Shown here in pieces: positions 46,485 to 56,561 of a DNA stretch of 64,000 nt; position 1 is the stretch's first letter, and each line of letters opens with the position of its first letter. Below the pieces are notes generated by a model that was given only the letters and a program-made list of their open reading frames with translations, was not told the DNA's origin and did not search any database. Made by a program: the position numbers and the translations under genes. The DNA lies in contig JAFGXD010000047.1 of NCBI GenBank assembly GCA_016936815.1, positions 2,276-66,275 on the forward strand, read 5' to 3'. The DNA is from Bacteroidales bacterium (GTDB taxonomy: Bacteria > Bacteroidota > Bacteroidia > Bacteroidales > GWF2-38-335).

Positions 46485-48962
46485 ATGCATTTTATTCAAA
46501 TGATTGATGCCCGACAAATTAACTTAGATTTTCTTGAATTAAACAAAGAAGAAATTGCATATTTTAGCCCCAAAGGTAATTATTCTATTGTTTCTGAACA
46601 TATTGAAGGACCTGTCTTTAGAACGATAATGAAAGGAATTCCTTACTATGAAGATGCTCTTAGACATAATGCGGTTGGTGAATTAATTCTAAAAAGGATA
46701 AAAGAAAAAGGATACGACGGAAAAGTTTATTTTATTGTTGATACCAAAGATTTGAAAACTGTTACCTCTGATGCTCGTAAGCTGTTTTTGGAGTTTATGA
46801 CAATAGAAAATTTTGGGGGTCTTATTGTTCATGGAATGAATTTTTTCACCTCAACAGCAATTAAAATTACAAAAGCTTTATTGCCCTTTAAACAGTATTA
46901 TCTTGTTAATAATGAACAGAAAGGACTTGAAAAAGTCAGAGAGTTAATTGCAAAAGAAATAAAAAAGGAAATAAAAGCATTCGAGGAAGAGTTAAAAAGT
47001 GCTTTACAAAATTCTAATCTTTTTTCTGCAGGAAACTTTTTTTATTCCTCAGATTCAGGAAATTATACAGTTGAAACCTGGTTTATTGCCCCCGATATTT
47101 TTCTAATTGTACCCAGAGGATTTGCAAACGAAGATGATGCTGAAAAATTTTCCAAACTTTTCGATGATTTTGTTAATACTCAAATCTCCCAAGGAAAAAA
47201 ATATTACAGAATTCAGCTTTACTCCTTTATGACCGGTGCTGATGTTAAGGCTAGAAGGTTTTTTGTTGATTGGATGAAAAAAAATATTGGCAATATGCAT
47301 TTGGCAATATTTATTAGTTCAAACAGAATAATGCGAACAATTGTAAGATTCGGGCTTTCTATGTATCCAAAGTCGAAAAAAATTAAATTAAATGAAGACC
47401 TAGAATCCTCTTTTTTAAGAATTATTAAACACAAAGAGGGTGGAGAATGGGAAAGCTATGAAGCAAACAAAAATCTCTTCGATTCAGATTATTCTAATAT
47501 TTCAATTCCCCCAAATGAGGAAGAAAAAACATCGCTAATAGAGCAATTAATTGACGAAAATATTTTACTGAAAGAAAAATATAAACAAAATGCAGCAGTG
47601 CTTTTCGAAACTGTTGGAAGAATGAGTTGGGATAAAAGCTTTGAATGGCAAGAATTGGAAGTGTTTGAAAACGACCCGTTTTATGAGGTTCATAACGCTG
47701 TTAAAATGGTGCACTCCGATTTAAAACAAATGCTCGAGGATAATCAAACTTACGTTAAAGAACTAAGCAATCATAAAGAAAACCTTGAAAAAATTGTTGA
47801 ACAACGAACCCGGGAGCTTGAATTAGCAAGAAAGAAGGCTGTGGAATCGGATCAACTTAAATCTGCTTTTCTTGCAAATATGAGCCACGAAATACGTTCG
47901 CCAATGAACTCAATTGTTGGGTTTGCAGATTTATTGTCTGAGCCCGATTTAGAAGAAGAACAAAAAGCTGATTTTATTCGCCTTATTAATAGTAGTAGCG
48001 ATTTACTTATGAGGCTTATTGAAGATATTATTGATATTGCAAAAATTGAAGCCGGGCAACTAAAAATTAAAAAAACAAGGTTCAAAATTAATACTTTAAT
48101 GCAGAAACTGGAAGAAACTTTTACTGCACAAAACAATAAAACCTATAGAAAACCAATTAAACTAATTTTGGCAAATGAAAATAGTGAAGATTTTGTTCTC
48201 TTTTCTGATAAACTTCGATTACAACAAGTTTTGTCTAATCTGCTAAATAATGCGTATAAATTTACAAAAGAGGGATTTGTGGAATTTGGATATAAAGTTT
48301 ATTCAAATTCTGTTTACTTCTATGTAAAAGATAGTGGAATTGGAATTGGACCCGAACAACAATCTCTTGTTTTTGAAAGATTCCGACAATTTGAATCCCC
48401 CAATACAAACAATTTAACAGGAACAGGCCTTGGACTCGCTATAAGCAAAAGTCTGATTGAAATGATGGGAGGAAGTATTAATCTTATTTCAGAACTTAAC
48501 AAGGGCTCTGTTTTTTCATTTACCTTACCTATAGAAAAGGATGAAATTGATGCACAAATAATTTTAGATGAGCAAATTAACCTCCCAAAAATATTTTTTA
48601 ATTGGGATAATAAAAAGGTGCTAATTGCAGAAGATATTGACGCTAATTTTAGATTTCTTTCTGAAGTTCTGGCAAAAACAAAAATCAAAATCTATAGAGC
48701 TAAAAACGGTATAGAAGCTTTAAATATTTTTAAGAATATTAACCCCGATATTGTCTTAATGGACATTCAAATGCCCGAAATGAATGGATATGAGGCTTTC
48801 GATAAAATTAGAAGAATAAATAACAAAACTCCTATAATAGCACAAACAGCCTATGCCATGATTGAAGAAAAAGAAAAAATTCTAGATTATGGTTTTTCTG
48901 ATTATTTGGCCAAACCTATTAATTCAAAAGACTTAATTAGCATGATGGCCAATTATTTATAA
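46485..48962 (+). CDS. Hybrid sensor histidine kinase / response regulator (cytoplasmic N-terminal sensory region)
   Basis: 825 aa. H-box FLANMSHEIRSPMNSIVGF, N/G boxes (LLNNAYKFT, DSGIGI, GTGLGLAISK). The C-terminal receiver has DIVLMDIQMPEMNGYE. No obvious TM segments. Confidence 0.85.
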   Translation: MHFIQMIDARQINLDFLELNKEEIAYFSPKGNYSIVSEHIEGPVFRTIMKGIPYYEDALRHNAVGELILKRIKEKGYDGKVYFIVDTKDLKTVTSDARKLFLEFMTIENFGGLIVHGMNFFTSTAIKITKALLPFKQYYLVNNEQKGLEKVRELIAKEIKKEIKAFEEELKSALQNSNLFSAGNFFYSSDSGNYTVETWFIAPDIFLIVPRGFANEDDAEKFSKLFDDFVNTQISQGKKYYRIQLYSFMTGADVKARRFFVDWMKKNIGNMHLAIFISSNRIMRTIVRFGLSMYPKSKKIKLNEDLESSFLRIIKHKEGGEWESYEANKNLFDSDYSNISIPPNEEEKTSLIEQLIDENILLKEKYKQNAAVLFETVGRMSWDKSFEWQELEVFENDPFYEVHNAVKMVHSDLKQMLEDNQTYVKELSNHKENLEKIVEQRTRELELARKKAVESDQLKSAFLANMSHEIRSPMNSIVGFADLLSEPDLEEEQKADFIRLINSSSDLLMRLIEDIIDIAKIEAGQLKIKKTRFKINTLMQKLEETFTAQNNKTYRKPIKLILANENSEDFVLFSDKLRLQQVLSNLLNNAYKFTKEGFVEFGYKVYSNSVYFYVKDSGIGIGPEQQSLVFERFRQFESPNTNNLTGTGLGLAISKSLIEMMGGSINLISELNKGSVFSFTLPIEKDEIDAQIILDEQINLPKIFFNWDNKKVLIAEDIDANFRFLSEVLAKTKIKIYRAKNGIEALNIFKNINPDIVLMDIQMPEMNGYEAFDKIRRINNKTPIIAQTAYAMIEEKEKILDYGFSDYLAKPINSKDLISMMANYL

Positions 48963-48976
48963 ATAAATCTAAAGAA

Positions 48977-50593
48977 ATGAAATTATTATCACTATTAATC
49001 TGTGCTGCTATAACAAGTTTTGTTATTGCTCAAAATCCATCTTTCAAAAATGTTGAAGTTTTTGGCTCAGGCTTCGATGACGAAGGCTACGAAATTAAAA
49101 TTGTTGAAAATAGAAATTATTTAGTTTGTGGAAGTTTTACAGACACTTTATCTGTTTTCGATAATACATTAATTTCTAAAGGTAACAACGATGCATTTTT
49201 TGCCAAATTCGATAGTTTGGGAAATGTTTTATGGATTAATTCTATTGGCGGAACAACCGGTGATTTAGCAACAAGTATTGATATGGACTCCGAAGGTAAT
49301 TACTACTTCCTGGGAACATTTCATAGTCCTGTTCTCTACGCTTTCGATACAACTGTTCTTTCCTGTGGCTGTGCCGAATATAGCTTTATATTAAAACTTA
49401 GCCCTTTAGGTGAATTAATCTGGATTAAAGGTCTTATGGGCGATGGAGCTTTTATTGCTAAAGATTTGAAAATTAATGAAAATGATGAGGTAATAATTGG
49501 TGGCTCTTACTACAACTCCGCTTTTATGTATTTCGGCACTTATTATTCTAATGGAATTAACGATATTATTTTAGCAGCATTCTCAAAAAATGGAGAGGAA
49601 TTATTTGTTAAAACCTATGGTAATTCCGGAATGGAATCCATTAATTCATTGGAGATTGACGAAAATAACAACATCTTTATTACAGGTTGGTTTAATACTA
49701 ATATTGATTTTGGAAACGGACAAATGAACTCAGTAGGTCTTAAGGATATTTTTACTGCAAAACTAGATGAAATCGGAAATATTATTTGGTCTAATTCCTC
49801 CGGTAGTGCACAAAACGATGAGCCAAACACTATTAATATAGATTATAATGGCAATATTATTATTTCAGGCTACTATTCCGGTGTAATTGAATTTGGCTCA
49901 ACAATGCTTGAATCTCAAGGTTTTGAAGATGTTTTTATAGTAAAATACAATAATCTTGGTGATTTTGTTTGGATAAAAACTTATGGCAATAGCTTTGATG
50001 AGGCAGGAATTTCCTCGGGACTTGATTCTGACGGAAACATTTATCTTACAGGTAGATACATGATGGATTTTATTTTTGGCGATACAATTGTTGGAGGTAA
50101 TACTTATTCCAACGCTTTTGTTTTGAAACTTGATGAAAATGGAAACGAAAACTGGATAAAGACAATAAATGGCAACAGAAACGATGCGGGAATTGGACTT
50201 TTCGTTCTCGAAAACAATAAATTGTTGGTTACAGGATATATTAGAGATTCTGCATATTTCGATAATGAATTATTTTTCGCAACAGGCCAAAACGATATTT
50301 TTGTCGCAGAATTATCACTAGACATATTACAAGATGTTGATAATAGGTTTGTTGCAGACATTCAAATTTTCCCAATTCCTGCTTCAGATTATTTGCACAT
50401 TGTATCAAATATAGCAATTGCTGAATTTAAAATTTTCGATTCAACCGGAAAACTATTCAAAGTATTAAATACAATTAATAATTCAAGTTATACTTTAAAT
50501 ATAAACGACTTAAATGCTGGCATATATTTTCTTAGTATAATAACTGTTGATGGCAAATTGATAAAAAGTAAAAAAATCGTTATTAACAAATAG
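48977..50593 (+). CDS. SBBP-type beta-propeller repeat protein with T9SS C-terminal domain
   Basis: 538 aa with a signal peptide. Recurrent D..GN....G.F.....FG repeat units. The C-terminus IQIFPIPASDYLHI..GIYFLSIIT is a T9SS CTD. Confidence 0.75.
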   Translation: MKLLSLLICAAITSFVIAQNPSFKNVEVFGSGFDDEGYEIKIVENRNYLVCGSFTDTLSVFDNTLISKGNNDAFFAKFDSLGNVLWINSIGGTTGDLATSIDMDSEGNYYFLGTFHSPVLYAFDTTVLSCGCAEYSFILKLSPLGELIWIKGLMGDGAFIAKDLKINENDEVIIGGSYYNSAFMYFGTYYSNGINDIILAAFSKNGEELFVKTYGNSGMESINSLEIDENNNIFITGWFNTNIDFGNGQMNSVGLKDIFTAKLDEIGNIIWSNSSGSAQNDEPNTINIDYNGNIIISGYYSGVIEFGSTMLESQGFEDVFIVKYNNLGDFVWIKTYGNSFDEAGISSGLDSDGNIYLTGRYMMDFIFGDTIVGGNTYSNAFVLKLDENGNENWIKTINGNRNDAGIGLFVLENNKLLVTGYIRDSAYFDNELFFATGQNDIFVAELSLDILQDVDNRFVADIQIFPIPASDYLHIVSNIAIAEFKIFDSTGKLFKVLNTINNSSYTLNINDLNAGIYFLSIITVDGKLIKSKKIVINK

Positions 50594-50902
50594 GCCAAAG
50601 CACCGATAAAAGCCCTAGCGCACAAAAAACGCTATTGAAGTTGTAAGTGCCTTATAAATAATATTTTAGTCCAACCAATATTTAGATCTAAGGACTGTAA
50701 AGAATATTTTTATCTATCAATAGCAAATTAATAATTCAAAAACTGTATATTTATCCCAATTGTTTTTTAAGACTCTGAAAACTATTCATAAATGAAAAAT
50801 AATTACTTAGCCTCAATAAGAAAAATAATTATAAAAACTGAATTTTTATTCATTAACATTTTTTCGTATGACTTTCTAAAATCACATAGGCTGAAAATAG
50901 GA

Positions 50903-51058
50903 ATGGCTCTGCTGGTTTCTACTACCTTAAGTTCCTCATGCAGCAATAACGAACAATCAAAAACCGAAAAAAAGGAAAAACCCGAAGAAGAGGTAATTAC
51001 TTGCTATGCTGCACAATTCGAGGAAGATACTGTTATTAAAGATACTATTTTAAATTAA
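50903..51058 (+). CDS. Possible small lipoprotein (51 aa from internal ATG)
   Basis: MALLVSTTLSSSCSNNEQSK.. is lipobox-like. The upstream part of the track ORF (from 50792) looks like non-coding read-through. Confidence 0.3.
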   Translation: MALLVSTTLSSSCSNNEQSKTEKKEKPEEEVITCYAAQFEEDTVIKDTILN

Positions 51059-51069
51059 CTAATAAAAAT

Positions 51070-54051
51070 ATGAAAGCTTTTTTTCTTTTTCTACTAATAG
51101 CAAGCTTTACAGCTTCTTATGCTCAACATCCCGGTAATGCTCTGGATTTTGACGGAACTAACGACATTGTAAACTGTGGAAGTAATGCCGTTCTCGACGA
51201 TCTTGCAAGTTTTACCGTTGAGGCATGGATTAACCCGCGTTCATTTGGCGGTGGCGAAAATGGTATTATTATCCAAAAACGTGATGTTGTTACAGGTTAC
51301 TGGATGCTTTCCATGCAAAATACAGGAGGCGAACAACAATTGGAGTTTATTGTCAACGCTACAAGTCCTGCTCGCGCCAGATCTGCCATTGGCTCGGTGG
51401 AATTAAACAGATGGATGCATGTGGCTGCTGTCTACAACGGTGCTACTATGGAAACTAGTTTGTTTATTAATGGTGTTGAAGTAGATTACGACATGCATGT
51501 TACCGGAACCGGAACTCATTTCTCCGATGCAGATAACTCCGTCTTTATTGGTAGCAATGTAACAGCTTCCAGAATATTCGATGGAACAATTGATGAGGTA
51601 AGAATTTGGAATACAAATAAACCTGCCTCAGAAATTCTTGCTTCATTTAATAATGTTGTTTCAGCTTCGGCTACAAATCTTGTGGCTTATTATCGTTTCG
51701 ATGAAGGAACACCTTGCGGAATAAATACTTCCACAACTTCTTTGCCCGACCTTTCAGGAAATTCGAACACAGGAACTCTTACAAATTTCGATTTATCTAC
51801 CCCCGATTGTACTTCAAATTGGATTCCTTCCTACGCTATGGTTGTTCCAAATCCTGTAAATCCTGTTGTTAGTGCTTGCGATGCCATAACTTTTTCGTGG
51901 GCTGCTCCAAATTTCGGAATATGGGAAAAATATTACCTGGAAGTTGCCGAAGATGCTGCTTTTCAAAACAGGGTTTCCGGTTACGATCCTTTTAAAGACA
52001 TGGGAACGAGTTTAAACGAATATGTCTCCGGATTAAATCAGGGAACAGAATATTTTTTCAGACTTAGAGCTTTTCATTCAATTGCCGGCGATATGGGAGG
52101 ATATTCTTTAGTGAAATCTATTTTATTGGAAGATACTCAAAATCCTTTAATTGCTTGTCCCGGGAATCAATATATTGATAAAAACGAATCGTGTCAGGCA
52201 ATAGTTCCCGACTTTACTTCCTTGGCAACAGCCTCCGACAATTGCTCTGTGCCTGTTGTTAGTCAATCGCCTCCCTCCGGAACAACAGTTTCTTCTAATA
52301 CAACCATTACCCTAACCGCAACCGATGGCAACGGAAACACAGCCAATTGCAATTTTCAACTAATTTTAGAAGACAATTCTAACCCAATATTGTCATGTCC
52401 CGGAGACCAAACAGAACCGGCCTCAGTGGGTTGCAATGCTGTTCTAGGAAATTACATTTCTCTGGTAACAGCTTCCGATAATTGCGATGCTTCTCTCACA
52501 ATTACTCAAACACCTGTTTCAGGAACTGCAATATCAACAACAACTTTGGTAACAATTACGGCTACTGACGACGACGGAAACCAGTCGCAATGCAGCTTTA
52601 ATGTTACTCCCGCCGATGCCGCAGCACCAAGTCTTTCATGCCCCGGTAACCAAACCGAAGCAGCCAACGAAAACTGCGAACTCGTGCTTCCCGATTATAC
52701 CGGACTTGCCGTTGTTTCCGATCTTTGCGACGCAAACCCAACACTGGTGCAATCGCCTGCTGCAGGAACTATTATTTCTACTACTACAGCAGTAACATTA
52801 ACGGCAAGCGATGCTGGTGGAAATTCCACAGACTGCACTTTTAACGTTTATGTAACAGACCAAACACCACCAACTGGAACAAATCCCGGCGATCAGGGAG
52901 TTACTCCAAATGCTCTTTGCAATGCCAATCTTCCCGATTTTAGAAGCCTTATAGGAGCAACAGACAACTGCGATGCTAGTGTTACCGTTAATCAGGTTCC
53001 AACAATTGGAACAGCAATGACAGGAACAACTTCTGTTACACTTTATGCAATAGACAACGATGGAAATTTTACAACTTTTACCTTTAATGCTTACATCGAC
53101 GATAACACAAATCCCACAATAAACGGTCCGGGAGATCAAACATTTTATGCTCCTGAAAACTGCCAGATTGCTGTTGAGGATTATACAAATCAGGTTATTG
53201 TAAACGATAATTGCGATGATGACCTCCTAATTGTACAAACTCCTACTCCGGGAACAATTATAAGCGAAACCACAAATGTTTCTATTACAGCAACCGATGA
53301 TGCAGGAAATATTGGAACGCATTCCTTCTATTTAATTGTTAATGACATTACTGACCCAACAATTTCTTATCCATCAACAATTTATGCTTGTGCTGATGAA
53401 AATATTATTGATTATGTAGTTACAGCTAACGATAATTGCTCTGTTGAACTAGTACAAACAGCAGGACTTCCAAGTGGTTCCGAATTTCCTGTTGGAGAAA
53501 CAGTGAATTCATTTTTGGCAACAGATGTTACAGGAAATATGGCAACTTGCTCATTTTCAGTGATTATTTATAGCTTTCCCGACGTAAATTTGCCCGACCA
53601 AATAATTTGTGAAGGCGAAGATTTTTTGCTCGATGCTACTCCTACTGAGCCCGGAACATATTCGTATTTATGGAATAATGAGTCAACACTTGCAAGTTTT
53701 GTTGTAAATCTTGAGGTTGGTATTTATAACTACATTGTTACTGTGACAAACTCTTATGGCTGCGCTACTATAGATACAGCAGAATTAACCGTTGAAATTT
53801 GTGAAGGAATTTCAATCAAAGACAAAAACTCTATTTCTATTTTTCCAAATCCGGGTAATGGACTTGTTTATTCCGAAAACACTGAAGGTTATTCGGTTTC
53901 TGTTAAGGATATTACAGGAAAAGTAATTATTGAAAAGGAGAGTTTGATTAATAGGGAACAATTCGATTTGCGACATTTATTGCCCGGTGTATATGTTTTT
54001 GAATTTAGAAAAGCAGACGAAAAGATATTTTTGAGGTTTATAAATTACTGA
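51070..54051 (+). CDS. LamG-like lectin + FN3-like + six HYR-type repeats, T9SS C-terminal domain
   Basis: 993 aa with a signal peptide. The N-terminal ..NALDFDGTNDIV..FTVEAWI..DEVRIWN fits a LamG/laminin-G-type fold. Six ~81-aa repeats read D...P...CPG.Q......C.A..PD......A.DNC......Q.P..GT........V.LTA.D..GN...C.F.V. The C-terminus ISIFPNPGNGLVY..GVYVFEF is a T9SS CTD. Confidence 0.8.
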   Translation: MKAFFLFLLIASFTASYAQHPGNALDFDGTNDIVNCGSNAVLDDLASFTVEAWINPRSFGGGENGIIIQKRDVVTGYWMLSMQNTGGEQQLEFIVNATSPARARSAIGSVELNRWMHVAAVYNGATMETSLFINGVEVDYDMHVTGTGTHFSDADNSVFIGSNVTASRIFDGTIDEVRIWNTNKPASEILASFNNVVSASATNLVAYYRFDEGTPCGINTSTTSLPDLSGNSNTGTLTNFDLSTPDCTSNWIPSYAMVVPNPVNPVVSACDAITFSWAAPNFGIWEKYYLEVAEDAAFQNRVSGYDPFKDMGTSLNEYVSGLNQGTEYFFRLRAFHSIAGDMGGYSLVKSILLEDTQNPLIACPGNQYIDKNESCQAIVPDFTSLATASDNCSVPVVSQSPPSGTTVSSNTTITLTATDGNGNTANCNFQLILEDNSNPILSCPGDQTEPASVGCNAVLGNYISLVTASDNCDASLTITQTPVSGTAISTTTLVTITATDDDGNQSQCSFNVTPADAAAPSLSCPGNQTEAANENCELVLPDYTGLAVVSDLCDANPTLVQSPAAGTIISTTTAVTLTASDAGGNSTDCTFNVYVTDQTPPTGTNPGDQGVTPNALCNANLPDFRSLIGATDNCDASVTVNQVPTIGTAMTGTTSVTLYAIDNDGNFTTFTFNAYIDDNTNPTINGPGDQTFYAPENCQIAVEDYTNQVIVNDNCDDDLLIVQTPTPGTIISETTNVSITATDDAGNIGTHSFYLIVNDITDPTISYPSTIYACADENIIDYVVTANDNCSVELVQTAGLPSGSEFPVGETVNSFLATDVTGNMATCSFSVIIYSFPDVNLPDQIICEGEDFLLDATPTEPGTYSYLWNNESTLASFVVNLEVGIYNYIVTVTNSYGCATIDTAELTVEICEGISIKDKNSISIFPNPGNGLVYSENTEGYSVSVKDITGKVIIEKESLINREQFDLRHLLPGVYVFEFRKADEKIFLRFINY

Positions 54052-54084
54052 ACATGGAATTGAAATTGGGAAAGATTGATTATC

Positions 54085-54222
54085 AACGTTTGTCGTTTGG
54101 ACGTTTAACCGTTTGTAGTTTAGATGTTTGTGGTTGGGAAACGACTAATTATAAAGAAGACAACGGAAAAACGACAAATAAATCGATGTAACGAAATAAC
54201 AACAAACGAATTAACGACAAAC
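54085..54222. repeat. Dyad-symmetric array of GTTTG/CGTTTG units (left) and their complements AACGAC/CAAAC (right)
   Basis: Left arm: aaCGTTTGtCGTTTGgaCGTTTaacCGTTTGtagtttagatGTTTG. Right arm: ..gAAACGACta..AAACGACAAAt..CAACAAACGaattAACGACAAAC. The outermost 10 bp are a perfect inverted pair (GTTTGTCGTT 54088-54097 and AACGACAAAC 54213-54222). Confidence 0.6.
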
Positions 54223-54275
54223 TTTTTACAAGGCAACTTATACCTTAATATTGTCATTATATCTAAAACATAATT

Positions 54276-55841
54276 ATGAGAGCTTTTTTTTTATTCATAC
54301 TAATTAGTTTTTTTTTATTCCTGACTACAAACTCATTTGCCCAGTTTAAGGGTAATAAGAAAAAAACAAATACTACAGGATGGAATTATAACGACCCTTT
54401 TTATGGGGGCTTTGAGTATGTTGAATTCAAAAAACCTTCATTGCCCAAAGAAGCAAAAAAGACTTTTCAAAACATGAATGCTATTATGGGTGGAACTTTT
54501 AGGATGTGGGCTTGCTCTATAAATGAATTCTCTGAAAAAGACAGTACTCTTATTGTTGGCAGTTTTCCAATACGTGTTACCGTTTCTTCATTCTACCTTT
54601 CCAAATACGAGGTGTCAAATAAGGAGTACCGAGAATTTACAAATTGGGTGATTGATTCTGTTAAATTAAGTTTCTTGGCAAAAAGTGATGAGTCATTTTA
54701 TAAGAATAAGGAAAAAAAACAACTTGATTGGTCAAAAAGAAAAGAACTGAACTCAGAAGAAAATATTGAAAAACTTATGCCTCTGTGCTTGCCAATTACA
54801 GAGAGATATTGCAAACGAATTGAGTTCGACACAAAAAGGGCTGTTTATCAATATTTTTCGAATACCGATAGCATCTTAATCCAAATATACCCTGATACTG
54901 CTTCTTGGGAAAATGACTTTTCTTTTGCCTATAATGAACCAATGACAAATATGTACTATTGGCATCCCGCATTTGATAATTATCCCGTTGTTGGAGTTTC
55001 ATATAAACAAGCACTTGCCTATTGTAATTGGCTTACAAAAAAGATAAATATGGAAATATGCAAAGCCGAAAAAATTGATTATGATATGGCAGTAAAGGAA
55101 TCTAATCCCATTCTTTTACCAAATTTCAGACTTCCTACAGAAGCCGAATGGGAATTTGCAGCTCTGGCTTTTATCCGTAATCATATTGACGAGCGTTTTT
55201 TCTACAGGAGATTCTTCCCTTGGGAAACAAATAATCTTTTCGATGAAAAAGGAAATTACTACGCCAATTTTGGACAAATACTAGATAAAAACGGAATGGA
55301 GGTCAAATCTTTTGTTCAGGATAATTCAATGAGAAAATCAAATAAACCATACGCTTTGGGTGATAATTATTTTCACACAGGAATGGTTAGTATTTTGTCT
55401 CCAAATAACTATGGACTTTACAATATGTCAGGAAATGTCGCCGAATGGGTTCTGGATTGCTATGTAGAGGATTCTACTACAAAATACATTATTGATTCAA
55501 TGTTTTTTGAAGAACAAAGAAAAGAAATGTTGAAAAAAATAGAAGAATCAAAAAATCATACTGATATCCTGGACGGGTTATATGAGAAAAAAGTTGATTA
55601 TGAAAAATTTGATCTTTCTACCGAAAAAGGAAGAAATTATTATTATAAGCTGATAAAGGAATATGAGCATAACAGTTATGTAAATGAGAAATTCCCAGAT
55701 TCAAGAATTGTAAAAGGTGGTTCCTGGGCACAAGGTCCGGCATATTTGCAGGTAGGTGCCAGAACAATTTACCCGGAAAACAAATCTAGTTGTATGATTG
55801 GTTTTAGGTTGGCAATGACAGAAAAACCAAAAATAAAGTAA
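54276..55841 (+). CDS. SUMF1/formylglycine-generating-enzyme-fold protein (GldJ/GldK-like paralogue), secreted
   Basis: 521 aa with a signal peptide. YEVSNKEYREFTNWV, PVVGVSYKQALAYCNWLT, FRLPTEAEWEFAA, YGLYNMSGNVAEWVLD, RIVKGGSW, GFRLAM are the FGE-sulfatase fold landmarks. There is no lipobox Cys. Confidence 0.8.
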   Translation: MRAFFLFILISFFLFLTTNSFAQFKGNKKKTNTTGWNYNDPFYGGFEYVEFKKPSLPKEAKKTFQNMNAIMGGTFRMWACSINEFSEKDSTLIVGSFPIRVTVSSFYLSKYEVSNKEYREFTNWVIDSVKLSFLAKSDESFYKNKEKKQLDWSKRKELNSEENIEKLMPLCLPITERYCKRIEFDTKRAVYQYFSNTDSILIQIYPDTASWENDFSFAYNEPMTNMYYWHPAFDNYPVVGVSYKQALAYCNWLTKKINMEICKAEKIDYDMAVKESNPILLPNFRLPTEAEWEFAALAFIRNHIDERFFYRRFFPWETNNLFDEKGNYYANFGQILDKNGMEVKSFVQDNSMRKSNKPYALGDNYFHTGMVSILSPNNYGLYNMSGNVAEWVLDCYVEDSTTKYIIDSMFFEEQRKEMLKKIEESKNHTDILDGLYEKKVDYEKFDLSTEKGRNYYYKLIKEYEHNSYVNEKFPDSRIVKGGSWAQGPAYLQVGARTIYPENKSSCMIGFRLAMTEKPKIK

Positions 55842-55906
55842 GTCAGATGTATTCCTACTACCAACCCCGTCTATAAAATCCTGAACATCTGCTGTAGCTT
55901 TGCAGC

Positions 55907-56252
55907 ATGAAAAAGAATACGAAATTTAAGAAGTCCGGGATGTATGGTATAATCCGGTAATGGGAGTCAAGCGGCAAGGCTCACAAAATTTTTAAACGAA
56001 CAGGGCATAGTAAAAAGCACCTTTGGGCTTTGGGGAAAAAAGTATTTAAAAGAGCATGAATAAGGCGGAACCCAGACGAACGATTTTATTCCTGTACAAC
56101 TCGATACCCGGGCTGAAGAAATTTCACAAAAAGTTGAGAGTCGGATAGAGGTTCATTATCCTAATGGAGTAAAGATGATTTGTGCGGGCGACATTGAACT
56201 TTCCGGATTGTAAACATTAATAAAGCTGTAGAGTATGTTAACATTGACTTAG
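55907..56252 (+). mobile_element. Decayed remnant of an IS66-family accessory gene region (orf1-like, frameshifted; orf2 start only)
   Basis: Broken reading: MKKNTKFKKSGMYGIIR* / ..SQAARLTKFLNEQGIVKSTFGLWGKKYLKEHE* / ..FIPVQLDTRAEEISQKVESRIEVHYPNGVKMICAGDIELSGL*. Then ATG-LTLT*. The pattern (HTH with STF.YW.KKY, FIPV.., IE..YPNG...) matches my memory of IS66 orf1 proteins. No transposase gene follows. Confidence 0.55.
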
Positions 56253-56561
56253 ACGCACTTCTTCTAAAAGATTTTGCAACAGTAATTCAACTTTTCGCTT
56301 ACGATATTCTATTTGCTCATTCCAAATTTCCGGAGCTTTAATCTTCATTTCCATATCGTGTTTAATAAGCTGATACATTGATGATTCGGACAAGAACTCT
56401 TTTAGATATTTTGCAGCATTTTCGTTTTTTTCTTTAATCTTTTCTATTAATTCATTTCTTGAATAGAAGTCATAATTGCTGCAGTTTTCTATTTTATAGT
56501 ATTCGGCAATTTTTAGGACAAAATCAAATATTTGCTCGTTAGTTCTAATTTCCATGTACAT
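56238..56561 (-). CDS. Hypothetical cytoplasmic protein (107 aa)
   Basis: ORF with Lys/Glu-rich helical composition. Its start overlaps the stop of 56561-57112 by 1 nt. Confidence 0.45.
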   Translation of the reverse strand: MYMEIRTNEQIFDFVLKIAEYYKIENCSNYDFYSRNELIEKIKEKNENAAKYLKEFLSESSMYQLIKHDMEMKIKAPEIWNEQIEYRKRKVELLLQNLLEEVRLSQC

